A DNA stretch of 63,790 nucleotides, filler included, from Octopus bimaculoides (lineage: Eukaryota), in the NCBI RefSeq assembly GCF_001194135.2. It is 6 parts of 6 records of this genome, joined end to end, with 100 filler letters (N's around TTAATTAATTAA, not from the genome) between each part and the next. Parts side by side here need not be neighbours in the genome. Positions count along the whole stretch, not along the records: positions 41,628 to 55,685 come from NC_068986.1; positions 55,786 to 61,507 come from NC_068988.1; positions 61,608 to 63,790 come from NW_026296295.1; 3 more parts are not named here. One strand, written 5' to 3'. Positions 51,792-63,275 of the stretch are shown here, one piece after another. Below the pieces are notes generated by a model, which did no database searches, was not told the origin of the DNA, and was given only the letters and a program-made list of their open reading frames with translations. The position numbers and the translations under genes were made by a program. Each line of letters starts with the position of its first letter. Within the stretch, counting starts at the first letter, position 1.

Positions 51792-54700
51792 GCATCATAA
51801 TAATCTTCTTCATCAATGTCGCTTTAAACCAAATTTAGAATATTTACAAATATTGAACGTTGATGGGAAGTCATTGCTGATTTATTTGTTTTGATTCTAA
51901 AAACATTAAAGACAAACTTAGATTCATTGCCAATCTTAATTATCTCAATAACCAAGTTTAATGTTAATTTGTTTTTGTAGTTTTCTAAATATACTACTCT
52001 CACCCATCTTCTAATATTTTAATGTCTGGACGTATGTACATTTTAGATTGAATCACATTGTTTCTCATTAATTCCGCACAAATAATTACTGGTTTGAATC
52101 GTAGGAACACGTTGAGGCTGTAGTGCATTATTGAATAATTTTAGTCAATTTTATATACTAAGGTACTGTAGCAAGTACTTTATTTCGCGAATTACTAGCG
52201 TCTACAAAAATTCTGTTAATCTGAACGATACATGGTATTTCTTCTATATACACGTGTGGTAACACATCGGAAGTTATATTCGAATAATATTCAAATATGA
52301 AAATATATCTGAACTATTGTTAGGACGTAGAGGACTTTCCTGTTTCTTTAAGGTAAGTTATTTTGGAATTTAAAAATAAGTCATTATTTGAAACTTAGAA
52401 TCGATGTAACGTAGCTATAGGTTCATATTCGAAACAGCTTTCAATTTAAAAAAAAAAATGACAACTTAATTTAACTTGACAAGGGATTTGTACATGTGTC
52501 CTCAATTATATACCACCATACATATTGTCCTAAGCTTTAATTTGTGAACTCTACAAGGTTTCTCAAAATTAAGAGCTACTTTCAAGTAAATGACCTTAGT
52601 GTAGACAAAGAGTTTGCTTTCAAAGCTCTTGTGTTCATGCTGCAGCTCTTTTGAAACAATTGTTGCCATGTCGCATTGGAAGAAGTTGCTGATCTTAGCT
52701 CTTACCTTCATCGATCTTTATGCCTTATCTAACTATGTGAAATGTGATGGTAATGCTTTTGATGTAATTTGGAATCCTAACCGGAATTTGAACACAGAAA
52801 GAAAACTGATTGAATATGTTCCGTGACAAGCATTGCGAGAACAGCTTTGAATTTCTCAAATTTTCCCAGTCTAGAGTGACTATATATTTACTCCTGAAAG
52901 TGTAAAAGATAAAATGGACCTCGGATTGAGCGAAACCTGCAACACAGAAAAATAAAAGTAATATTGCAGAAAGTACTTTAAAGATACATTCCTCGCAAAA
53001 TCAGGTAAAGGAAGATGAGAAAACTTTAATGCAACTTTTGTATCGCTTTACCGAAACAATGAGACCAAGTCAGCATCTTCCCGAAACAATAATTACATTG
53101 CCATATATCAACAAGAATGTGCTTGTAACTTCAAAGAACCAAGAAATGGTACTCGATGCCTCCATATTCATATTATTTAATAGTGATCAGACCTCATTAA
53201 CTTTAAAACATAATGAGTACATAATTGATAATACAATGTTTGTATGTAATTGATTTTTAAGGCTTTAATGAAAGTGAACTGGTGATGTGTCTGAATCGGA
53301 TATTAAATGTTTACCGATACAACTTCTGAGAGTTGCAGATTGATCAGTAAAATAGTGTCCTTCAATGTCTCCGTGTACATCAATTTTTATATTTATGTTG
53401 CCAAGGGTGATTAAACAGTGTTTCTGTTTACAGATTCAGTATAGTTTACAATCTGAGGTCAACTGTTTAAATATATACCTATTAAAAGCCGCAAATACAT
53501 TTGAAAACTCACCTTTGTTTAGATACTGTTTCAGTTTGATTGCACAGAATATCATGTATTTTTATATATGCTCGGAATAACAGTACATTCAAATTACATG
53601 CACACTTACAATGTTAAAGTCTTTGAAATAAGGAGAATAATTTGACTTTGATAAGAGTCTTTTTATGCATATCTTGCTTCAGTCCCTTGCAAATCGTTTG
53701 GGATTTCAAATAATCTACTATCGATATTTATAATTCATCAAAGCGTCACTCTCAGGGCGAGATTATGTCAGTATATGCTCATTGTATAGTATCCTGTCGA
53801 AATGTGACTGGCGAAAATTTATCGTCTAAGTATGAATGATAGCTTTTCGTTTATACACCAAGGGATAAGCGTTGCTTTCGCTTTTGATTAGCATATGTTT
53901 ACCATGTTTAGTGATGCGTATGCCATAAATACTGACTCCATTTTAATCGACTATTTTATTAGTAAATCTGTAGTGTAAGTATGCGCACTCCACAAACTCG
54001 ATAGAGCATAGCAAAATCAACTTGTTGCTATTGCCTCGTGAAATGGTAGTCAAGTTATCGTACATTTATAACCTTGATATATAAATGTTTATGGTGTTCC
54101 TTGAATACATAAATCCTATTGTTAATCAGTTGCATTTCACATGTTTACATGATATGAATAAGAAGGATTGAGATTTAAATATTTTTTTATCGGAACATTA
54201 TATAGATAAAGAAATCCGAAGATTAAACGAAATCTAGACAACAATAGCTAAGCTAACAAAGTAAAAGAGAAAACGACAGAACAACAGAGGCAAACAAATA
54301 AACGGTGATAGATGCATCCAATACCAACCTTATTATGAATAAGCTACATACATACACGCAAATATATAATATGAACTGAGTATGGAATGTCTATAAGATA
54401 GATTAATACAAGACCACGAAAAAAGGCGGTAAAGCAGAACATTAACTAAAATATAAGAAGAGAAAAAAACTATAAAAATAATAAAGTTAAAATCGTTCTT
54501 ATTAAGACAAACTGACACAAAGATATGTACCATCGATATTAGAGTCGAAATGTGAGTATATCAGTCTTCTTATGTATATTCATTCTATCGAAAATTCTAA
54601 ATAATTCAGTTATTTCGTGGAAACTTTTAAATTTAATAATAAGTACTTTATTCATAAAGTTACAGTTTAATAATCGCAATAGGAAGTAAAATTATTAAAG

Positions 54701-54979
54701 TTAGACGCTTGTTGCTCGATTTCTTTTGTAATTAGATTTACACTACATTAATATTAACCTGATAGATATATTCGAAACACAATTGTTCATTTTTTAATAA
54801 CTAGACAAGAGAAACGATATTTACGAATATCTTAGTAATAGTAAATCAGGTTTTGTCTAAGATTAAACTCGTTAAATGTAGCCCAGCTAGTCTAATGACA
54901 ACATTAAAACATTGGAAGTAACACTGAACCTTGACAAATATATACTATGAAAATATAAGGTGCGCTGTAAAGTGCAATA

Positions 54980-55226
54980 TTTTCTTTTATTTTGCGCCCT
55001 TTTAAAGTATATTTGCCAGGCTCTATGACGTATGAAACAGGAAGAAAGAGTGAGAGAATATCGGGGCGAAAGAGTACAACAGGGGTCGCCAGCACCCCCT
55101 GCCAGAGCCTTGTGGATCTTCAGTTTTTTTTCGCTCAATAAACACATAATGCACTGTCTGGGAATCGAAACCGCGATCCTCCGACCGCGAGTCCACTGCC
55201 CTAACAACTGGAGCATGGCGCCTCCA
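54980..55226 (-). mobile_element. tRNA-derived SINE, family A
   Basis: Reverse-complement match to the 6597 copy (ggactcgcggtcggaggatcgcggtttcgattcccagac). Perfect 15-bp TSD ctgtaaagtgcaata at 54965-54979 and 55227-55241. Confidence 0.88.
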
Positions 55227-55268
55227 CTGTAAAGTGCAATAGGTAAGATTAATCCAGTCAATACTTGC

Positions 55269-55316
<48 letters not shown>

Positions 55317-56328
55317 GTCTATCTATCTAGCTAGCTAGCTAGCTAGCATCCGTCTATCTGCATCTAACAACATCTGTAGTATACAATAAAGTAATTAATT
55401 CTTTAGCTACAATTTAAATCCTTAAAACACTGGAAATACATTTCATGAATAAAAGTATCGCATTGCTATGAATATAATAAATTGTATATACTTTTTCAAT
55501 GTAAGCCATTTGCAGTTCTTGGAACTAAAGCGGAAAATTAATACCAACTAAACCAGCGACCTGCCTATGTATGTAGTACCTTCCTAACCTAATGTGCATA
55601 TGCATGTATATATCAACGTATGCGTTTATATGTTTATAAATTCAGTTGTTGATGTACATCATATATACAGCAACAAATATATATANNNNNNNNNNNNNNN
55701 NNNNNNNNNNNNNNNNNNNNNNNNNNNNNTTAATTAATTAANNNNNNNNNNNNNNNNNNNNNNNNNNNNNNNNNNNNNNNNNNNNATATATATATATATA
55801 TGCATATATATATATATATATGCATATATATATATGTTACACGTATAATTCATTGTTTTTATTAAATTCGTATTTTTATAATTATTCATTATTATTTAAT
55901 TTTCTTTCAGCTTTTACATATTTTATCACAGACACTCTCTATATAAGTTTACGTATGTCTATAAACGCACGTACGCTTTCACGTGCGTGCATGTATGAAA
56001 GTACATATGTATAAGTATGTATACACAATATATTCATTATATGTATACCATAAGTATATCTAGAAAGAGTGAATGTCCCATTGTGTATGTGTGTGGTTTT
56101 TTTTATAAAGGCGTGTATGTTTATATATACGTTTAGAGACATCCTTTTTACTATACTAATTATATTACAAAGTGAATCAGCCATCCCGTTTTGGTTTTCG
56201 GGAGACATATTGGGCCCATCTGATGTATATACTAATGCTTAATTTTTTTCAGCACAATTAACCTGTTATATACTCCTTTATATAAATATTATTTTCTATC
56301 AATACATTTCCAGTTTTAAATAACTAAA

Positions 56329-57097
56329 AGTTATTTAAAACTGGAAAGGGAGGCTCTAATCTGTGCTGCCCAAGAGCAAGCACCAAGAACAAACTACGTA
56401 AAATACAGAATAGGCAGCATAGCAGAAAGTGCTAAGTGCAGAATCTGTGGACAAAAGGGTGAAACCGTATGGCATATTACCAGCCAATGTACGCCACTAG
56501 CCCAGAAGGAATATAAGAGACACCACGACAATGTAGCCAGGCTTGTCCATTTCACACTTTACAACAAGTATGCATTGACAGAGCAAACAATTGGTACGAC
56601 CACAAACCTGAAGGTATTGTCGAAAATGGAAATGCAAAGATCCAGTGGGATTTTATGATTCAGTGCGACCATGAGATAGAGAACAGGAAACCAAACATAG
56701 TTTTAATTGAAAAAGAAAACAAACTATACTGGATCATAGATATAGCATTCCCAGCTGACCACAATGTATGCGAAATGGAAGAAAGAAAATTCGATAGGTA
56801 TGACAAATTGGCTTGGGAAGTAAAGCGGTTGTGGTCGATGAAAAAGGTAGTAGTAGTACCAATAATTGTCGGAGCCCTGGGAACATTGACCAAAAATCTC
56901 GAGAAGTACGTGGAACAAATAGGGGCTGCAATAACTGTGGAGCACTTGCAGAAAACAGCACCGCTTGGAACTGCTCGAATACTCCGGAAGGTACTGGAAA
57001 AATAAGAGGTGTTACCTTAATTCACTGGTAGCTAACAGCTGTCACTGTAGTACATCTCCAGCGTTAGAAACTATGAAAAGGCAATTATAATAATAAT
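56329..57097 (+). mobile_element. R4/Dong-like non-LTR retrotransposon 3' fragment (CCHC knuckle plus restriction-like endonuclease), ending in (TAA)n
   Basis: ALICAAQEQA..., KCRICGQKGETVWHITSQC, HDNVARLVH, then ORF 56655-57005 with RKPNIVLIEK..WIIDIAFP, KFDRYDKLAWEVKRLW, VVVPIIVGALG and LGTARILRKVL. Short 3' UTR followed by taataataat at about 57085-57097. Confidence 0.85.
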
Positions 57098-57148
57098 GAC
57101 ATCGAAAAATACCTTAGGAATGAGAACACAGGTACGCAATTTCTTCAA

Positions 57149-57194
57149 GACACCTGATGAAGGCTGGAGGGTATATCAGCCGAAACGTTGTGTT
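57149..57194 (+). ncRNA. Minimal type I hammerhead ribozyme (PLE-type, second family)
   Basis: Stem I GACAC/GUGUU; core CUGAUGA(57154-60) plus one extra A; stem II GGCUG/CAGCC with a 10-nt loop; GAAA(57182-85); palindromic ACGU stem III; GUU cleavage triplet (after 57189). Confidence 0.75.
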
Positions 57195-57453
57195 AGCAAC
57201 AAACAAGATGAGGACAAATGTCCGTCAAATATAAATAATGTAAATAATGTGCATAATTCCTTATCTCTTAAATGTAGAATTGTATGTTTGTGGTAGTGAG
57301 CTGGTTTATCAAATATATTTTGTATTGGACGATATGCTGGAAGTGTTCCTATTTCTAATGTTGAATTAGATTTATTTTATTAATATTTATGAAGTTCGTG
57401 TTGATTTCGCCCAGTGCAAGCCTCCGCATCGCTGCGACATCGACAGTATCTTG

Positions 57454-58034
57454 GGATCTTTTTTAAAACGGGGGCCACATTTTTCATTAACGAAACACTT
57501 TGAAACTTGGAACACTGGTAGAATGTGTCATATAAAACATCTTTTTCTCTTAGTCTTCTTAAAAAAAAAAAGAAATCCATAAGTTATTCCATGTTAAAGT
57601 TGTCGTATTTCTGTAATTTCAACCAATCACTGACGTCCATTCAGCCGATATACATTAAGTGCCAACTACATAAACAAACGATTCTGAAACAATTAACCCT
57701 AACCCTAACCCTAGGGTTAGGGTTAGGGTTAGGGTTAGGGTTAAAGCAAATTTAAAATGAAAAAAGCAAATAAAACGAAGGTATGGAGATTAAATACGCT
57801 TTACATCGCTTAATCAGCCAAAGGAGTAAATATAAACAACTGAATACTTGTCAGTGATTGGTTGAAATTATCGAAATAAGACAATTTTTTACATGAAATA
57901 AATTCGAATACAAAAATATTTTTCTGTTCTATAACACAAAATAGATAAGTATACGAAGTTTGAAAGTCTTTCCGTACCAAAAACACTACGTAAAACATTA
58001 ATGAAAAATGTGGCCCCCGTTTTAAAATAGATCC
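57454..58034. mobile_element. 581-bp non-autonomous DNA transposon (MITE/fold-back) with 37-bp TIRs, 8-bp TSD and a central telomeric palindrome
   Basis: TIRs 57454-57490 and 57998-58034 match at 36/37. TSD GTATCTTG at 57446-57453 and 58035-58042. Inner inverted repeat 57585-57645 / 57840-57900 with a perfect 21-bp core. (CCCTAA)n-(TTAGGG)n at 57693-57744. An 8-bp TSD is typical of hAT or P superfamilies. Confidence 0.88.
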
Positions 58035-58708
58035 GTATCTTGTACTGCATCAGATTTTCCATGAGATAGATTTGCTGTCCTCTCGCTGAGACCTGAATAA
58101 CTGAAGAAAAAGAAACTGCGAGGAGTGTTCAAGCCTCAGATGACATGATATAGTTAGGACGATTTCATCAGCGTTGGGGAGGGAGGAAGAGGGAGAGAGA
58201 GAGAGGGGGGTGGGGAAGAGGGATGACACTGTATTCCAGCATTAGTCTTGTAATTTACTTAACTCAGAAAGGATAAAATGTTAGATTGACATTGGATGAA
58301 TTTCAATTAATAAGCGTGGGCTGGTGTTTAGGAGGTTGTTCGCCGGTGCCCAAGTTCGTGGTTCTCACTCTCCGTATCCGTTGACAAATGTGACCTTGAG
58401 TAAGGGCAATGCCTTTCGAGTTGCTTCAGATGAATCATTTAAAGCTTAGTAACACTCGAATTGTAATGCAGCCTTTTAAACTCCCACCTGTCACATTCTC
58501 TAGTTCCACCAGATGTATCGGAGGAGCTGTGAAAATATGTCTTTCTTTGCTTACGATTACATAGTTACTTAAACTAATAACCGAACACTTACTATCAGCC
58601 ACCAAGATATAAAACTTATAATTGGCAGCTCTGTTTGATTTCGTTAGTTTCCTAAAAATGCAAATATTAGACAGAACTGATATCAAATAATTATCATATA
58701 AATCTTAC

Positions 58709-59659
58709 CGATTTATTTAAACGAATTCCTTTCCAAATTATTATGATCCCATTCACGAAAGAACTTGATGCGGCAGATAATAAGTAAATGAATTTATATA
58801 ATCTATTTTCGTATGATACATTTATAATTCCGTAAGTTGCAATACAACATCCTGTAACACTGCCAAGTACGATAAATGCTGTGGACAAACGTAGTGATTC
58901 GTTGAGTAATTCCAGCATTCTACTTAGAGCATCATGAGTTTTACATATTTCTGTAATCTCTTTCTCTTTCTCGAAGAAAAGAAACTTCTCTGATTGCTGT
59001 TCCTTTACATAGCGTTGACCATCATTCGTCACTTTGTTAAACTCATAAATGAGTGTACTTCCGATCATAAGGTTTACGTACAAGTCAAATTGCAGCAGAC
59101 CGAATGATATGTTGTTAAATGCAGTAAAAAGTGTGAAAAGTAGAAAGTGATAATTATCGTTGATCGGTTCAGAAGAAAGAGTGACAGGCATAGTAACATG
59201 ACCGGACAGTGTAAAAATATAATCTTGAATAGTGTAAACAATTAGCGGCAAGAATATAAATAAGCATAGTGATTTATATGAAAAGAATATATTAGAGTTA
59301 TAGAATTTACTATCATCTTCTTCAATTTTAAGTTCGGTGAATGTTTCAATTAGTTGTGTGTCGTTCGGTTTCTTGAAGAGTTTCATCAGACCATACACTG
59401 TGAAAAAGCACTGGTAATATATCATGTAGATATTTAAAAGTGTTTCATCAGTTGATCTATTTTTCATTTGTATGGTAACAATAATGTACCAAATTGGGGC
59501 TACAATCAAATATAAGCAGTACACTGCGTAAAAACTATAGAAAAAGATTGAGATAAATTTGGGAGATTTTAATGACGATATATTCGCAATCGATATCCAA
59601 AAATTTTTTTTACGATAAAGTTCCAGCAATTTAAAGAAACGTGTTTCATTTGATTTCAT
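58709..59659 (-). CDS. Large first coding exon (317 codons) of a gustatory receptor-like / 7TM ion channel (GRL, 7TMIC; 7tm_7-like) protein; C-terminal TM7 exon(s) not located
   Basis: Only long non-repeat, non-TE ORF in the window (58694-59659). ATG at 59659 has an in-frame TGA 13 codons upstream. Six hydrophobic segments: FISIFFYSFYAVYCLYLIVAPIWYIIV; LLNIYMIYYQCFFTVYGLM; SLCLFIFLPLIVYTI; FLLFTLFTAFNNISFGLLQFDLYVNLMIGSTLIYEF; STAFIVLGSVTGCCIATYGII; FIYLLSAASSSFVNGIIIIWKG. The long amphipathic helix before TM5 (EITEICKTHDALSRMLELLNES) resembles the GR-family pattern. The frame reaches TCG|GTAAGA (donor GT at 58708-58707, phase 0) right after TM6. Family call is by pattern recognition; no HMM was run. 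Confidence 0.75.
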
Positions 59660-60197
59660 GCTTATTCTAATTTCGTGACTTCCAGAAAATTCTTCTCATT
59701 TAGCAAACAAAATCCTTAGAATAGAAGAAGCAGGTTTTATATGTTAATGAGTTTAATAGTCCCTGTATGTGGAACTTATAATATAAATCATTAAAATCCA
59801 GATATACAATATTGACGGATGCTTGATATTAATTTTGATATTTCATATAGATAACGTTTCACTGGAGAAAAAGTATCTGCGATTAAATTCTGAGGAATCA
59901 CTAAGATGCTAATATATATGAGCTCCCATAGAGATGTTAGATTGTTATGGGTAAAAAAAAAATGTTGCATATAATTTGCTCCAAAATATATTTTCTATTC
60001 AAAAGGAAATAGATTTGATTAACTTCGGTAAGATGTATGGACTGTCGACTGTATACAGTAGTTCAGTTGTCTGTACGATTCAATTTGTAATCTATGAAAA
60101 AAAGCTAATGTTATTAGTCCTTATATTCGATAAATATGCGTTTGTACATGTTGCTTTCCAAGTGTTACCTACATGCTGCTCTCATTACCTTCGTATA

Positions 60198-60252
<55 letters not shown>

Positions 60253-60561
60253 NNNNNNNNNNNNNNNNNNNNNNNNNNNNNNNNNNNNNNNNNNNNNNNN
60301 NNNNNNNNNNNNNNNNNNNNNNNNNNNNNNNNNNNNNNNNNNNNNNNNNNNNNNNNNNNNNNNNNNNNNNNNNNNNNNNNNNNNNNNNNNNNNNNNNNNN
60401 NNNNNNNNNNNNNNNNNNNNNNNNNNNNNNNNNNNNNNNNNNNNNNNNNNNNNNNNNNNNNNNNNNNNNNNNNNNNNNNNNNNNNNNNNNNNNNNNNNNN
60501 NNNNNNNNNNNNNNNNNNNNNNNNNNNNNNNNNNNNNNNNNNNNNNNNNNNNNNNNNNNNN

Positions 60562-60623
<62 letters not shown>

Positions 60624-63016
60624 GCACATGTATCTATAATATCATATATATATATATATATATATATTTATGTATTTATATATACATAAGTGTGTGTGTG
60701 TGTGCGTGTGTGCATGTGTGAGTGTGTATGTGTGTACGTGTATGTGTTTGCTGCGACGAGGAGCTTTTAATATGTAATTTCCGTCGTTCAGGGACAGAAT
60801 TTAATGCATTTACGTTATGTTAACCGTCAACATGCTCCTCGTGCATAAAGCATTAATGTTCAATACATTTCAATGTTTTATGCTAGCAAAACAAATTATT
60901 TCTGTTGGTAAATGGATATGTGTACTTAAATCATTAGTACATTGGATTGGCATATATTGATGACATGAGAGTAGTTGATATTTCTGAACCCTAACTAAGA
61001 ACATATAGGAAAGAATATATGTGAGTGTGTGTCTGTGCACACACACACACACACAACATATATCTCAATGGCTGTAGAAAATTTGAAATTTATTTATACC
61101 TTTTTGTTCATATATATAATAGGCGCAGGAGTGGCTGTGCCGGGATCAAATCGGGCCGGAGTACCGTTGTGGCCTGAAAATTTGTTAATGAAATAAAGTA
61201 GCATTGCTTACCGAGAGGACGTGATTTTTGTCGCTCCTGTTGTCACGTCGCTGAATGCCAGCGTCGTGAATTTTTGACGTACAACTACAGGTAAGACTTT
61301 CGTGTTTTTAGGATTTATATCTCTTTATTACCCACTAGGGGCCAAACATAGAAAGGGACAAAACATCTGATTGGGGTCAGATAACACGTATGGGGTTACA
61401 AAAATATGAAACAATTAAAAATATAATAAAATCGAAAATCGAATGTTTACAACAAACAACACACAAAACAATATAGACAGATGAAGTGGGGACTGGGTTA
61501 CGCTCCGNNNNNNNNNNNNNNNNNNNNNNNNNNNNNNNNNNNNNNNNNNNNTTAATTAATTAANNNNNNNNNNNNNNNNNNNNNNNNNNNNNNNNNNNNN
61601 NNNNNNNTAAATTAAGTACCAGTTGCATACTGGGGTCGATCTAATCGACTGGCTCCCATCCCCCAAAATTTTGTGCCTTGTGCCTAGAGTAGAAAGAATA
61701 ATCTATACTCTAGAGTACTGATGCTAAATATCTTTTGTTCAGAGATTTACAAATAGTAATTTCCTATGCTTGTGTGTGTATATATATATTTATGAATTTG
61801 TATGATTGTGGATAGAAGAATATATTACTCAATGAAATTCCAACTTTGTCTGATATTCACATTTTATTATTTCCAATTTTTCCAAGTTAACAATATTGAA
61901 ATAAACTTGTACCTGCATGCATTACACAATCATCAGGTTTATGTAGTGACAGTCATGTTCCACAATTGACAACTTGTCAATTGTGGGACAGTAAAAATTG
62001 GAAATAATAAGATGTGAAAATCAGACTAAGTTGGAATTTCATTAAAATATATATATATATATATANNNNNNNNNNNNNNNNNNNNNNNNNNNNNNNNNNN
62101 NNNNNNNNNNNNNNNNNNNNNNNNNNNNNNNNNNNNNNNNNNNNNNNNNNNNNNNNNNNNNNNNNNNNNNNNNNNNNNNNNNNNNNNNNNNNNNNNNNNN
62201 NNNNNNNNNNNNNNNNNNNNNNNNNNNNNNNNNNNNNNNNNNNNNNNNNNNNNNNNNNNNNNNNNNNNNNNNNNNNNNNNNNNNNNNNNNNNNNNNNNNN
62301 NNNNNNNNNNNNNNNNNNNNNNNNNNNNNNNNNNNNNNNNNNNNNNNNNNNNNNNNNNNNNNNNNNNNNNNNNNNNNNNNNNNNNNNNNNNNNNNNNNNN
62401 NNNNNNNNNNNNNNNNNNNNNNNNNNNNNNNNNNNNNNNNNNNNNNNNNNNNNNNNNNNNNNNNNNNNNNNNNNNNNNNNNNNNNNNNNNNNNNNNNNNN
62501 NNNNNNNNNNNNNNNNNNNNNNNNNNNNNNNNNNNNNNNNNNNNNNNNNNNNNNNNNNNNNNNNNNNNNNNNNNNNNNNNNNNNNNNNNNNNNNNNNNNN
62601 NNNNNNNNNNNNNNNNNNNNNNNNNNNNNNNNNNNNNNNNNNNNNNNNNNNNNNNNNNNNNNNNNNNNNNNNNNNNNNNNNNNNNNNNNNNNNNNNNNNN
62701 NNNNNNNNNNNNNNNNNNNNNNNNNNNNNNNNNNNNNNNNNNNNNNNNNNNNNNNNNNNNNNNNNNNNNNNNNNNNNNNNNNNNNNNNNNNNNNNNNNNN
62801 NNNNNNNNNNNNNNNNNNNNNNNNNNNNNNNNNNNNNNNNNNNNNNNNNNNNNNNNNNNNNNNNNNNNNNNNNNNNNNNNNNNNNNNNNNNNNNNNNNNN
62901 NNNNNNNNNNNNNNNNNNNNNNNNNNNNNNNNNNNNNNNNNNNNNNNNNNNNNNNNNNNNNNNNNNNNNNNNNNNNNNNNNNNNNNNNNNNNNNNNNNNN
63001 NNNNNNNNNNNNNNGT

Positions 63017-63275
63017 TATGTTCTTGAGCAAGACACTTTATTTCATGTTGCCCCAGTTCACTCAGCTGTAGAAATGAGTTGCGACATCACAGGTGCCAAG
63101 CTGTATTGGCCTTTGCCCTTTTACTTGGATAACACTGGTGGCACGGAGAGGGGAAGCTGGTATGCATGGGTGACTGCTGGTCTTCCATAAACAACCTTGC
63201 CTGGACTTGTGCATGGGGGAAGGGTAACTTTCTAGGTACAATCCCATGGTCAGTCATGACCAAAGGGGGTCTCAG
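63017..63275 (+). mobile_element. SINE family D copy, 5' end in gap
   Basis: Aligns by eye to 20270-20510. Confidence 0.75.

Noticed and set aside
58616-58651. Acceptor 57 nt after the receptor donor giving ETNEIKQSCQL*
   Set aside because: The intron would be very short and the product would lack TM7; not excluded, but unsupported.
59976-60170. Plus-strand ORF containing GLSTVYSSSVVCTIQF, superficially like a GR C-terminus
   Set aside because: Wrong strand and upstream of the receptor exon, and it runs into (TA)n; likely chance.
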